Source of the DNA: Patescibacteria group bacterium
GTDB lineage: Bacteria > Patescibacteriota > Minisyncoccia > Minisyncoccales > GWA2-38-27
Direction of reading: 5' to 3'
DNA: 64,000 nucleotides
Assembly (NCBI GenBank): GCA_020148045.1
Contig: JAHCRG010000006.1
Coordinates: 137,909-201,908 of the forward strand
The translations under genes and the position numbers were made by a program. Below the pieces are notes generated by a model. It was not told the origin of the DNA. It saw only the letters and a list, made by a program, of their open reading frames with translations, and searched no databases. Below, piece after piece: positions 26,585 to 36,490 of this stretch. Position 1 is the first letter of the stretch. Each line of letters starts with the position of its first letter.

Positions 26585-26962
26585 ATGGCACGTAAAGATA
26601 TGAGACATAAAAGTGAAGAGGAGCTTGCTTTCTTAGACAAATTATCCAAAAGTCCTTACAATCCCGAAGGTTTACCAAATGATGGAGCAGTTGAAAGGGG
26701 TGACTTTGTTTGGAAACGGGAAGGTATTGGTCATGTATTTTTTCTGAGGCGGAAAAATCCTAAGAAAAGACCTAAGGGCCTTTATGATGGGATACCTTTA
26801 TTTGTTAGATCGTCTGCTTCACTAAAAGCTTTTGGACAACTAACAATGGAGGATTATTTAAGCTTTTTTGCCAAGAGATTCGGACTTTCACTCAGAAGAC
26901 TTAAAAAAAGAGGAGAGGAAAAAATTTGGCAGTTTTATAAACCAAGGAAAAAACCAGATTAA
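26585..26962 (+). CDS. Hypothetical basic protein (stand-alone cassette)
   Basis: Own promoter TTGACA(26488)-17-TATAGT and SD AAGGAG. Confidence 0.65.
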   Translation: MARKDMRHKSEEELAFLDKLSKSPYNPEGLPNDGAVERGDFVWKREGIGHVFFLRRKNPKKRPKGLYDGIPLFVRSSASLKAFGQLTMEDYLSFFAKRFGLSLRRLKKRGEEKIWQFYKPRKKPD

Positions 26963-26974
26963 CAAAGCCTGCAA

Positions 26975-28381
26975 TTATTTGCAGGCTTTAATTTTCGGGC
27001 CTTCTTTTGTGTCTTTAATCTGATAGCCCATTTGTTTGATTTTTTTTCTTATTTCATCAGCTAATTTCCAGTCCTTTTTTTTACGGGCTTGCTCTCTTTG
27101 TTTGACTAATTTTTTGACAGACAAGGAGATTTTAACAGCTTCTCTTTTACCCCAAAAGATAAAACTAAAAACTTTATCAACTTCCTTTAAAAATTTTAAA
27201 ATATCTCTGGCATCTTTAGAAGTGAGTTTATTTTTGTTGAGCAGTAGATTGCCTTGATTGACTAATTGAAATATTGAGGCCAAAGCCCTTGGCGTGTTAA
27301 AATCATTTTCCATATGGTCTTCAAAATCCTTTTTAATTTTTGAAATTAGATTTTTAGCAATTTTTGTTTTTTGTTTCTCGTTTCTTATTTTCTGTTTCTT
27401 GATTTTATCTAAAAATTCGTCAATTCTTTCCAACTGCCTCTTGACTTGGTCAATCTCTTTTTCGCTATAATTGATAGGGGAGAGGTAATGAGTTTTGAGA
27501 ACAAACAGACGGAGAATTCTGGCTGAATGATTTTTTAAAAAGTCCTTGATAGTAATAAAATTGCCAAGAGATTTTGCCATCTTTTTTCCTTTGACAGTTA
27601 AAAACCCAGTATGAAGCCAATATTTTACCATTGGGCTTTTGCCGGATATAGCTTCCATCTGGCTAATTTCAGCTTCATGATGAGGGAAGATTAAATCTTT
27701 TGCTCCGCCGTGAATATCATACTGGGGCCCAAAATATTTTTCAGTAATAGCAGTATCTTCAATATGCCAGCCAGGACGCCCAGGTCCCCAGGGACTGGGC
27801 CATTTTGGTTCTCTTTTTTTTGAGAATTTCCATAAGCAAAAGTCACCCTTGTTCCTTTTATCTTTTGCCTCGTCAATTCGGGAAACAGCGTCCTCGGCTT
27901 GAACAGCCGTCCTTCCAGAGAGCTTGCCATAATTTTTAAATTTAGAAATGTCATAATAAATCCCGTCTTTTATTTGATAAGCAAAACCTTTGTCCAGTAA
28001 TCTTGTGACTTGGCTAATGATTTCTTTAATGTGAGCTGTTGCCCTGGCATACTTGGTAACACTATTTACATTCAGGGCTTTCATATCTTTTAAGTATTCT
28101 CTTTCAAATTTCTGAGATAAGTTCTTCCAAGAAACCTTTTGTCTTTTTGCTTGATTTATAATCTTATCATCAACATCAGTAATATTTTGAAGATAAAAAA
28201 CATCATACCCCTTTTGCTTGAGATATTTAGCTATCATATCAAAAACAATATAGGTCCTTGCATGACCAATATGAGAAAAGTCATAACTTGTTATCCCGCA
28301 GACAAAAAGATTTATCTTTTTACCTCTTCTGGATTTTAAAATCTCTTTCTTTCTGGTTAAAGTATTGTAGAGTTTGAGCAT
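26975..28381 (-). CDS. cysS: Cysteine--tRNA ligase
   Basis: HIGH, PGWHIED, DIHGGAKDLIFPHHE, KMAKS, ADEIR. Confidence 0.96.
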   Translation of the reverse strand: MLKLYNTLTRKKEILKSRRGKKINLFVCGITSYDFSHIGHARTYIVFDMIAKYLKQKGYDVFYLQNITDVDDKIINQAKRQKVSWKNLSQKFEREYLKDMKALNVNSVTKYARATAHIKEIISQVTRLLDKGFAYQIKDGIYYDISKFKNYGKLSGRTAVQAEDAVSRIDEAKDKRNKGDFCLWKFSKKREPKWPSPWGPGRPGWHIEDTAITEKYFGPQYDIHGGAKDLIFPHHEAEISQMEAISGKSPMVKYWLHTGFLTVKGKKMAKSLGNFITIKDFLKNHSARILRLFVLKTHYLSPINYSEKEIDQVKRQLERIDEFLDKIKKQKIRNEKQKTKIAKNLISKIKKDFEDHMENDFNTPRALASIFQLVNQGNLLLNKNKLTSKDARDILKFLKEVDKVFSFIFWGKREAVKISLSVKKLVKQREQARKKKDWKLADEIRKKIKQMGYQIKDTKEGPKIKACK

Positions 28382-28445
28382 ATTAATTCATTTTATCATA
28401 AAATTTAGTCTTTTCAAAAATTAAAATTTGTGATAAGATAAAAGA

Positions 28446-29063
28446 ATGAGAAAAGCAAATATTATATATCCTTTTATTATCGGAGAAGCGATTGCCTTAA
28501 TTTTCCTTGGCGTTTTAAAATATTCACCAGAATATTTGCCAGAAATGCCCTCCTTTATAATCCGAATGGTATGGTATTTCCCCATAGTTTTACCCCTTCT
28601 TTCAATTTTTGGCGTTTTTGTTGCTTCTCTTTTGACGAAAAAAATCCCAGCCCTTTTTCAACTGGCTAAATTTGTTTTAGTTGGTGCCTTAAATACTTTT
28701 GTTGATTTTGGGATATTGATTCTTTTATTGACAATTTTTGGAGTTGCTGCGGGCTTGCTCTATTCTATTTCCAAAGCTTTTTCTTTCAGTTGTTCAGTAG
28801 TAAACTCTTATTTCTGGAATAAGTTTTGGACTTTTGAGAAAAAAGAAACTAAGGGAGCTGGCAGGGAGTTTGGAAAGTTTTATTTAATAGCTGGAATTGG
28901 GTTTTTCCTTAATGTTAGTATTGCTTCTCTTATAGTTAATATTATTGGACCTCAATTCGGTTTGTCAGTAGAAATCTGGGCAATAGTCGGAGCTTTTATA
29001 GCTGTTCTTTGTGTTTTTATCTGGAACTTTCTCGGATATAAATTTATAGTATTTAAAAAGTAG
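28446..29063 (+). CDS. GtrA-family membrane protein
   Basis: KFVLVGALNTFVDF, SYFWNKFWTF, WNFLGYKFIVF. Confidence 0.88.
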   Translation: MRKANIIYPFIIGEAIALIFLGVLKYSPEYLPEMPSFIIRMVWYFPIVLPLLSIFGVFVASLLTKKIPALFQLAKFVLVGALNTFVDFGILILLLTIFGVAAGLLYSISKAFSFSCSVVNSYFWNKFWTFEKKETKGAGREFGKFYLIAGIGFFLNVSIASLIVNIIGPQFGLSVEIWAIVGAFIAVLCVFIWNFLGYKFIVFKK

Positions 29064-29065
29064 CT

Positions 29066-30184
29066 ATGGCTAATTTAGTTTTATACAGAAAATACAGGCC
29101 GCAGACCTTTACTGAGATTATCGGCCAAGAGCATGTGGTCCAAACCCTGACTAATGCAATTGCTTCAGGCATGATTTCCCATGCTTATTTGTTTTCTGGC
29201 CCCCGGGGTTCAGGAAAAACCACTATTGCCCGGCTTTTGGCAAAATCAGTAAATTGTCGTAATCATAAGGATTCTGAATTTGAGCCCTGCGATAAATGCT
29301 CTTCTTGTTTGGAAATTAAACAAGGCAACTCTTTAGATTTGATTGAAATTGATGCTGCCTCACACCGAGGCATTGATGAAATCAGAGAATTGAGAGAAGG
29401 GATTAAATTTGCTCCGACAAAAGAAAAATACAAAGTTTTTATAATTGACGAGAGCCACCAATTGACCCGCGAAGCAGTCAATGCTCTTTTAAAAACTTTG
29501 GAAGAACCACCTTCTCATGCAATATTTGTTTTAGCTACAACCGAGATTCATAAAATGATTCCAACCATTATTTCCAGATGCCAGAGATTTGATTTCAGAA
29601 AACTAACCTTGCCTGAAATTATCAAAAGATTAGATATTATTTCTAAAAAAGAAAAAGCAAAAATTGATAGACCAGCTCTGGAACTCATTGCTTTAAATTC
29701 CGGGGGTTCAATAAGAGATGCTGAAAGTTTATTAGACCAGGCCTTGACTTTTACCGGAACTTTAGGGAGAGAGGGGATAATCAAAACAGAAGATATTAAA
29801 GATTTATTGGGATTGACAGATATAAATTTAATCAACCAGTTTGTTGATTTTATTTCTGAAAAAAGCGGGGAGAAAGCTATTAAATTTTTGGAGGAAACTT
29901 TTGAAAAGGGTTATGACCCTCAAGAATTTGCCAAGGCATTAGTTCGTTATTTAAGGCAGACAATGCTTTTGAAAATAAATCCCAGTCCAATGAACCCGGT
30001 GATTATTGGTTTAACCAAAGAAGAGCAAGAAAAAATTCAAACTCAGGCAGAGAAGTTTAACTCCCAGGAACTTCAGCACATTTTAAACCTTTTTCTGGAG
30101 GCAGAAAACAAAATGAAATATTCCTCAATTCCGCAACTTCCATTGGAATTAGCAATAGTTGACATAATACACCAAGAAGGGTAA
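29066..30184 (+). CDS. dnaX: DNA polymerase III subunit gamma/tau
   Basis: LYRKYRPQTF, GPRGSGKTT, EIDAAS, LLKTLEEPP, SRCQRF. Confidence 0.96.
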   Translation: MANLVLYRKYRPQTFTEIIGQEHVVQTLTNAIASGMISHAYLFSGPRGSGKTTIARLLAKSVNCRNHKDSEFEPCDKCSSCLEIKQGNSLDLIEIDAASHRGIDEIRELREGIKFAPTKEKYKVFIIDESHQLTREAVNALLKTLEEPPSHAIFVLATTEIHKMIPTIISRCQRFDFRKLTLPEIIKRLDIISKKEKAKIDRPALELIALNSGGSIRDAESLLDQALTFTGTLGREGIIKTEDIKDLLGLTDINLINQFVDFISEKSGEKAIKFLEETFEKGYDPQEFAKALVRYLRQTMLLKINPSPMNPVIIGLTKEEQEKIQTQAEKFNSQELQHILNLFLEAENKMKYSSIPQLPLELAIVDIIHQEG

Positions 30185-30196
30185 AATATATTTTAT

Positions 30197-30267
30197 TCCG
30201 GGGTCATCTAATGGTAGGATGTTGGGTTTTGGTCCCAAAAATTTTGGTTCGAATCCAAACCCCGGAG
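30197..30267 (+). tRNA. tRNA-Gln (anticodon TTG)
   Basis: Acceptor tccgggg/ccccgga; anticodon arm ttggg-ttttggt-cccaa; T-arm tttgg-ttcgaat-ccaaa. Confidence 0.92.
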
Positions 30268-30383
30268 CACCGATTAGAGGGTTAATAACTCTCTTTTTAT
30301 TTGACTAATTTAAATAATAAGTATAATCTTTAAGCAGTATTTTCCAAATAGAATAATGAAAGAATAAATCAGAAAGGGAAAAA

Positions 30384-30800
30384 ATGGGTAAAAAAAAATC
30401 AAATAAGCGGATTTTAAGACCAATAGAAGTAGAAGATTTAATGAGGGGGCGTGCTGGAAAAATTACTATTCGTTTTGATCCGCAAGACTTAGTGGAATTA
30501 CAATGTCATTGTGATTATGATCCTAAGCTATGCGGTAAAGAAGACGAAGATAACAAAGTAATGTTAGTAAGAAAAATAGAAGTTCAGAATCCCGATGGTT
30601 CTTGGAGCCCTTATCCAAGTGTTACTTGGCTCGATGGCGTTGAGGGTGAAGACGATGAACAACTTGTTACCAGAGCTTTTATTAAAAAAACTGACGAAGA
30701 AGGATTTGACATCATGAGTTCTTGGCAAGGGGTTCCAGATGGAACATTGATGTGTGCTGCTAAAGGAGCTGGTATTCATACGGAAACCATATATGGATAA
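30384..30800 (+). CDS. Hypothetical protein
   Basis: 138-aa ORF with an upstream TTGACT promoter-like sequence and purine-rich RBS. Confidence 0.6.
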   Translation: MGKKKSNKRILRPIEVEDLMRGRAGKITIRFDPQDLVELQCHCDYDPKLCGKEDEDNKVMLVRKIEVQNPDGSWSPYPSVTWLDGVEGEDDEQLVTRAFIKKTDEEGFDIMSSWQGVPDGTLMCAAKGAGIHTETIYG

Positions 30801-30932
30801 TAAATATAAAGCGACTTATCGTTAGATGTATAAGTTGCTTTTTATTTTCCTAAACAGGTTCTAACATCGTCCATCCCGTGGCACGCCAAAAAAAATCGCC
30901 AAGAAGGCGATTTTTTGGTAGAATAAAAAAGC

Positions 30933-31778
30933 ATGTATTTTGATTTTCCAATTATAGACATACATACTCATTTAAGAGAATACCCTTCTCTGGGTTTAAG
31001 ATTGAAAAACCGAAAAAACATAAAGAATGTCTTGGGCAGAGAGGCATACTTTGGTCGGATTAACATCTTTCTTTATATGGCGAACACCGAACCGCCATTA
31101 GACAGCCTTGGGATTATAAAGAAATCATTAGAAATTCCAAGATATAAAGAAGTAAAAGCAATACCGGTAAGCGCGATTACAAAGAATTTAGATGGAAAAG
31201 AGCCAGTTGATGTGGAGAATATAAAACCTTATGTTGCAGGATTTAGCGATGATGGAAAATGTTTAGGCAATCTAGAAATATTAAAATATGTACTAAGTAA
31301 AAATGTTTTGGTAATGGCTCATTTAGAACCCGAAACGGAAATGCTGAAAAAATATTTAGAGATTTATAGCGAGACTGGTGGCCATTTACATTTCCAGCAT
31401 ATAAGTAGAAAAGAAAGTGTTGATTTAATCAGAATAGCAAAAAAGGATGGATTAAAAATAACTTGTGAAACCTGCCCCCATTATTTTTATTTTACTTCTC
31501 GAGACATGGATCTAATAATGAATCCTCCTCTTGGAGACACCGAAGATTTAAACGCCATTATTGAGGGGTTAAAAGACGGCACAATAGATGCAATTGCTTC
31601 TGATCACGCACCCCACGATGACCCCTTAAAGAATGGTTTAAGGGGTATAAGAGTATTAGTTCCTTTGTCTTCAGGATTGGTTTTAAAAGGTTTTTTAAAC
31701 GAAGAACAACTGAAAGAGAAACTGTATACTAACCCCAAAAAGATAATTGAAAGTGGGGGATATAAGCTTCATCTGTGA
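30933..31778 (+). CDS. Dihydroorotase-like amidohydrolase (compact)
   Basis: DIHTHLRE, MANTEPPLD, FSDDG, HFQHIS, TCETCPHY, MNPPL, IASDHAPH. Confidence 0.85.
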   Translation: MYFDFPIIDIHTHLREYPSLGLRLKNRKNIKNVLGREAYFGRINIFLYMANTEPPLDSLGIIKKSLEIPRYKEVKAIPVSAITKNLDGKEPVDVENIKPYVAGFSDDGKCLGNLEILKYVLSKNVLVMAHLEPETEMLKKYLEIYSETGGHLHFQHISRKESVDLIRIAKKDGLKITCETCPHYFYFTSRDMDLIMNPPLGDTEDLNAIIEGLKDGTIDAIASDHAPHDDPLKNGLRGIRVLVPLSSGLVLKGFLNEEQLKEKLYTNPKKIIESGGYKLHL

Positions 31779-31922
31779 AGTAAGCTTCTTTAAATTTCAA
31801 CCAAACAGGTTCTAACCCTTCAATTTTTCAGGGCAGGCATCGTCCAAAAAAATCGCCAAGAAGGCGATTTTTTGGTAGAATAGAAACGAAAGGTCGCAAT
31901 ATAACTTTAATTAAAAAATAAT

Positions 31923-32702
31923 ATGTCTAAAACATTAATTGCAATCATTACCATAGTAGTTATTATAATAGTAGGTTATTGGATTTATCAATCAATTTCA
32001 GCACCTCAAGGAATAACTGAGGCAGAAGCCAAGAACTGTGAAGTTGATTCTGATTGTGTTGTTTTTGGAGAAGATGGGGACTGTAATTGTGGATGTTTTA
32101 ATAAAAACTACCAATGGGAAAAAGAAGGCGATTGTTTTTGTGCAGCCCCAAAGTCCTGTAAATGCGTAAATGGGAAATGCGAAGGAGTTTTTGAAGAAGA
32201 GCCTTTAGTTTCTAAAGAGGAAGCAATAAAAAAACTTTTTGCTGAAAAGTACGATAAAGAAGTTTCAGAAATCACCATAAATATCAGCAAGGAAACAGAG
32301 GGTCATCTTATGGGCGGAGTTAAGTTTGGAGAAGGAGGACCTGGCGAAGAGGGTGGTTTTTTAGCAGCTAAAGAAAATGGTAACTGGAAATTAGTATATG
32401 ATGGGGTTGGAGCTATGTTTTGTTCAGACATTGAGCCTTATAACTTTCCAGTAGATATGGTTATTGAATGTTGGGATGAAGAGGCTGGAAAAGTAAAAGA
32501 TAGAGCAGGAGAGGCATGTATTGATTCTGGAGGCGAGATAACAACTTCTCTATGCTGTAAAGCAACCAGTGATTATCCAAACCTCTGTCTTGTTGGTCCC
32601 TGCGGGTGTGCTCCGGATTACAGCCATCAGGTAAAAATTTGTGATTGTGGACCCGATAAATGCTTTAATGGTAATGAATGTGTAGTTCTGGAAAATAAAT
32701 AG
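31923..32702 (+). CDS. Cysteine-rich membrane-anchored extracellular protein
   Basis: N-terminal TM helix; two Cys clusters (CEVDSDC..CNCGC..CFC..CKC..C and C..CC..C..CGC..CDC..C..C). Confidence 0.75.
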   Translation: MSKTLIAIITIVVIIIVGYWIYQSISAPQGITEAEAKNCEVDSDCVVFGEDGDCNCGCFNKNYQWEKEGDCFCAAPKSCKCVNGKCEGVFEEEPLVSKEEAIKKLFAEKYDKEVSEITINISKETEGHLMGGVKFGEGGPGEEGGFLAAKENGNWKLVYDGVGAMFCSDIEPYNFPVDMVIECWDEEAGKVKDRAGEACIDSGGEITTSLCCKATSDYPNLCLVGPCGCAPDYSHQVKICDCGPDKCFNGNECVVLENK

Positions 32703-32812
32703 GAAAATTCTCCCAAAACTAAGTTCTAACATCGTCCGTCCCCCGGAGCAAAGTAAAATTGCCCAGCGATGGGCAATTTTATTTATCCAATGAACAAAAC
32801 AATAGTTAAATC

Positions 32813-34591
32813 TTAGGGAATATAATAGATAAATATTGAGTTGCCGACCCGGGTTATTGGCTGATAATCGTCAAGCCAGCGATAGTAGCCGGTTGGTTGA
32901 TCAAAACCATGGGTAGGACTTCCTTTGCCTCCCTGAAGAAGGGTTGCCGAGACCGCCAGATAACTTCCTTGGGGAAGTTCTTTTTTATTACGATCGCCCC
33001 ACCAGGAAGCATATTTTTCTTTTAGATAATATTCGGTATCGCCTCCGCCAAAATAATCAACATAAATTTTCTCAATCTTATTTTCATCCACCCATTTTTT
33101 TAGTCGTTTCAAATCCTGGCCCCAATCATAGTTTGAATCCACCACATATTTGTATCCATTTTGGGGCCCTCCGGCAATTTCATTAAAATAGGTTAAGTAG
33201 TGAGGCCAAACCAAGAGAGAAGAAATTATGTAAAAGCCCAAAAGCACCGAAACAAGAGAAGTTCCCATTTTTTTCCGGGATATGCCGGGTATTCTTTTTA
33301 TCCATTTTGCTATTCCCAGACTAACTAAAATATAGGTAAAAGGAAAAACAGGCAAAAGGTGCCTTACTCCAATATTAAGAGTTCCAGTTATAGAAGTGAG
33401 CCAATAAATTATTAAAAATACCATCATTGAAAATTCGGGAAAATGATTTTTTATCCAATCTTTTAACCGATGAAAAGTATTTTGCCAAAAAGGCTTTTTA
33501 ATTATAATTAACCAGGCTGCATACAAAAGAACAATTAAAGTTAAAATATGAAAAGCTAAGGGTATTTTTAAAAGATAAACAGTCGGGAAATAATACCACC
33601 AGCCCCCATTTGAAATTTCATTAAGAAAATACACAGTATTGCCGCCAGCTACCCTTTGAGTAACCATTAGAAGTCCTAAAAGATAATAGGCATAGGGTCG
33701 GAGCACTGGTTTGTCAGCCATCCAGAGACAAAGATTTTTTAGAGGATTTATGCCGCTTGAAGCTAAAATAAATTCAGAATCTTGTAATTGGCGTTCGGCT
33801 GGATAATTTAAAAGATGAAATTGATAAACCGGCCAGATAAGAATCATTCCAATTATTCCTACAATTAGAGCCAGCCCGATGTATTTCAGAATTCCTAAGA
33901 GGCATTTTTTAGAACCCTTTTCTTGAGACCAAGCATAAATTACGGTAATTACAGCAAAGAAGGGAACAAGCAGGGCTAAGGAAAATTTTAAGAGCATTGA
34001 TAGCCCGAATATCAGCCCGGCTAAAATTATATTCTTTTTTGTCGGGCTTTTTAGAAATTTTAACCAAAAATAAGTAGCCAAGACCACTCCCAAAGCAGCT
34101 GCAATATCAGTAGTTACCAATCTCCCATGAGCCAGAAAAGTAGGGGAGAAGGAAAATAGGGTTAAGACCAAAAGAGCAACTTTGTTTCCGGCTAATTCTC
34201 TTGCCCAGCGAAAGAGGAACCAACCTAAAAATATTAAAAGCAAAATCATTGGGATTCGGGCCCAAAATACAATCTGATCAGGATTGTTCCCCGAACGATA
34301 CAAAAACTGAGAACCAAACCACCACTGTTCATTAATTCCCTCAGTCCAGGAAGCATGGTTTTTTGGGAAATTCAGGTCCAAAGATAGAAGAGGGACAGCA
34401 GCTAGGTCTTTTATCAATGGCGGATGCTCCGGGTTAATTCGAAAATCTTTCTGGGTTAAATAAGAATAGCCGGCCGGGATATGAGACATTTCGTCCATGG
34501 TGGCTGAATCATCTTTCATACTGAAAAAGCAAACTAAGAATACCGTAAGAAGCAGAAGACCAGCGATTAAATTTGTGAGACGGTTAGACAT
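32813..34591 (-). CDS. GT-C fold glycosyltransferase (ArnT/PMT-2 like)
   Basis: ATMDEMSH, NPEHPPLIK, LAHGRLVTTD, GVRHLLP, DSNYDWGQD; many TM helices. Confidence 0.82.
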   Translation of the reverse strand: MSNRLTNLIAGLLLLTVFLVCFFSMKDDSATMDEMSHIPAGYSYLTQKDFRINPEHPPLIKDLAAVPLLSLDLNFPKNHASWTEGINEQWWFGSQFLYRSGNNPDQIVFWARIPMILLLIFLGWFLFRWARELAGNKVALLVLTLFSFSPTFLAHGRLVTTDIAAALGVVLATYFWLKFLKSPTKKNIILAGLIFGLSMLLKFSLALLVPFFAVITVIYAWSQEKGSKKCLLGILKYIGLALIVGIIGMILIWPVYQFHLLNYPAERQLQDSEFILASSGINPLKNLCLWMADKPVLRPYAYYLLGLLMVTQRVAGGNTVYFLNEISNGGWWYYFPTVYLLKIPLAFHILTLIVLLYAAWLIIIKKPFWQNTFHRLKDWIKNHFPEFSMMVFLIIYWLTSITGTLNIGVRHLLPVFPFTYILVSLGIAKWIKRIPGISRKKMGTSLVSVLLGFYIISSLLVWPHYLTYFNEIAGGPQNGYKYVVDSNYDWGQDLKRLKKWVDENKIEKIYVDYFGGGDTEYYLKEKYASWWGDRNKKELPQGSYLAVSATLLQGGKGSPTHGFDQPTGYYRWLDDYQPITRVGNSIFIYYIP

Positions 34592-34667
34592 GTTAGTATT
34601 TTAACATCCTCTATGTTAAAATACAATTGCAAGTCGAATAATTAACATTAGTAATTAAAATAAAATA

Positions 34668-35420
34668 ATGAATAACCAAAATCAAAAAATTCACCTTTCA
34701 GTGATTATTCCAGCCTATAATGAAGAGAAAAGAGTACCAAAGACCCTGCGGGAAATTAATGATTATTTGAAAAAACAGTCTTATTTGTCGGAAATTATCG
34801 TTGTTAATGACGGTTCAACCGATAGAACTTCAGAAGTAGTCAAAGAATTACAGAAAATAATTCCAAATTTAAAATTGATAAATATCGAAAACTCGGGTAA
34901 AGGCTACGCAGTCAAAAAAGGAATACTTGAGGCCAAAGGAGAATATCGAATTTTTACTGATGCCGATAATGCAACTTCAATTAATCAGGTTGAGAGAATG
35001 TGGCCAGAGTTTTCCAAGGGATACGATGTTGTCATCGGTTCGCGAGATGTTAAAGGGGCGGTCCTGGCTGTACCTCAACCCTGGTTAAGAAAGGTAATTT
35101 TGGGAGGAGGTTTTAAATTAGTTAGAAAAATAATTATTGGTCTTTGGAAGATTCAAGATACTCAGTGCGGTTTTAAGGGTTTTAAAGAAAAGGCAGGGCA
35201 AGATATTTTTTCCAGAGTCACAATTTACCGTTTTGGATTTGATCCCGAGGTCTTGGTTATAGCAAAAAGACTGGGCTATAAAATTAAAGAAATTCCCATA
35301 ACTTGGATAAATGATCCAGAAAGCAAGGTAAAATTTAAAAATATGGTTAAAATGTTTTTTGAGATATTAAAAATCAGATGGAATCTAATTTTGGGAAAGT
35401 ATAAGAATATAATAAAATAA
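34668..35420 (+). CDS. GT2 polyprenyl-phosphate glycosyltransferase
   Basis: SVIIPAYNEE, VNDGSTD, GKGYAV, FTDAD, DTQCGFK. Confidence 0.92.
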   Translation: MNNQNQKIHLSVIIPAYNEEKRVPKTLREINDYLKKQSYLSEIIVVNDGSTDRTSEVVKELQKIIPNLKLINIENSGKGYAVKKGILEAKGEYRIFTDADNATSINQVERMWPEFSKGYDVVIGSRDVKGAVLAVPQPWLRKVILGGGFKLVRKIIIGLWKIQDTQCGFKGFKEKAGQDIFSRVTIYRFGFDPEVLVIAKRLGYKIKEIPITWINDPESKVKFKNMVKMFFEILKIRWNLILGKYKNIIK

Positions 35421-35424
35421 ATTA

Positions 35425-36429
35425 ATGCCAAAGATTGTTAAAAATGCTTTAGGGAATTTTTTGGTGATTTGCCTTATTTTTACTTTGGTGACGGTTTGGA
35501 TTTTTTCCGGCTGGCCCCAGATTTGGCAGAAACCGCCAGTGCCACCGGAAGTAAAGGAGGTTAAAGCTGCGCCGGAAACGCTTTCATTATATGTTAACAC
35601 AGAGGTTTCGGTTGGTGTTTGGACTACCGCGGGTACGGTTCCTTATCTTAACGCACAAGACCAACCAACCAACTATATTTATAGTATTGGCAGAAATTCT
35701 GATTCTGGTGTTTATGGCTTTGCAGACACTGCTCAAACAGGCACGATTAATAGCGTTTATCTTTATATTTATGCTTACGGAGTTGCTTCTACTAATTTTA
35801 CAACATACATAAATTCTACTGATACCGGTTTAGGACCACCTACAAGTTGGGGTTGGGTAAGCGTTAATGTGTCAACAATTCTTACTACTTGGGACGCTAT
35901 AAATGCTGCCACTTGTTATTTTGATAGACCAAATACTACCGATAATGCTGGGGTTGATGCCGCCTACTTTTATGTAGATTATACTCCTGCTCCTACGTTG
36001 GATATCACTGCTCCTGAGAATGTTCAGATGCCTGATTATACTTTAGGAGGAGTGGGATATAGCGAGAGAAATTTTAATGCTGACCCTCCGGCTTTAGTTC
36101 AGGTGACTGCTGAAGCTGGTTTTACTGTTACTGTTTCTTCCACTAATCTTACTGGTGGGGGTAACACCATTCTTGCCTCTGATGTTAAATTAAAAACTGA
36201 CGATAATCCCGAAACCAATCCCACCCAAATTCCAGCGGCAAATTGCAGTGGTTTTAGCGAGATAGACGAGCCGATTAGCGATGAATATAGTTTAGATTCT
36301 ACCAGAACCATTGTAACCACTTCATCTGGCAGCGGCACCTGCGATATTTATCCGACTATTAAAGTTTACATTTCTAATAATCTTTTGGCTGCGGAGGTTA
36401 CTGGTACATTAACTTTTACTGTTCAGTAA
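35425..36429 (+). CDS. Secreted/surface protein with WxL-like C-terminal domain
   Basis: N-terminal hydrophobic segment; C-terminal GFTVTVSSTNLTGGGNTI...VTGTLTFTVQ parallels 40036..40623. Confidence 0.55.
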   Translation: MPKIVKNALGNFLVICLIFTLVTVWIFSGWPQIWQKPPVPPEVKEVKAAPETLSLYVNTEVSVGVWTTAGTVPYLNAQDQPTNYIYSIGRNSDSGVYGFADTAQTGTINSVYLYIYAYGVASTNFTTYINSTDTGLGPPTSWGWVSVNVSTILTTWDAINAATCYFDRPNTTDNAGVDAAYFYVDYTPAPTLDITAPENVQMPDYTLGGVGYSERNFNADPPALVQVTAEAGFTVTVSSTNLTGGGNTILASDVKLKTDDNPETNPTQIPAANCSGFSEIDEPISDEYSLDSTRTIVTTSSGSGTCDIYPTIKVYISNNLLAAEVTGTLTFTVQ

Positions 36430-36490
36430 TAAATAGAAAACAAAAATCCACCGAGTTTTATTTGGTGGATTTTTAATTGAGGGACATCAG

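Larger units (their letters stand above)
30260..32750. mobile_element. Small tRNA-Gln-anchored island remnant without integrase
   Basis: ccccggagca at the tRNA 3' end (30260-30269) recurs at 32741-32750; internal repeated junction motifs. Confidence 0.5.

Noticed and set aside
25028..30184. Intein in DnaB or programmed frameshift in dnaX
   Set aside because: DnaB is normal length with continuous motifs; dnaX ends cleanly at 372 aa before the tRNA with no downstream tau-like frame.
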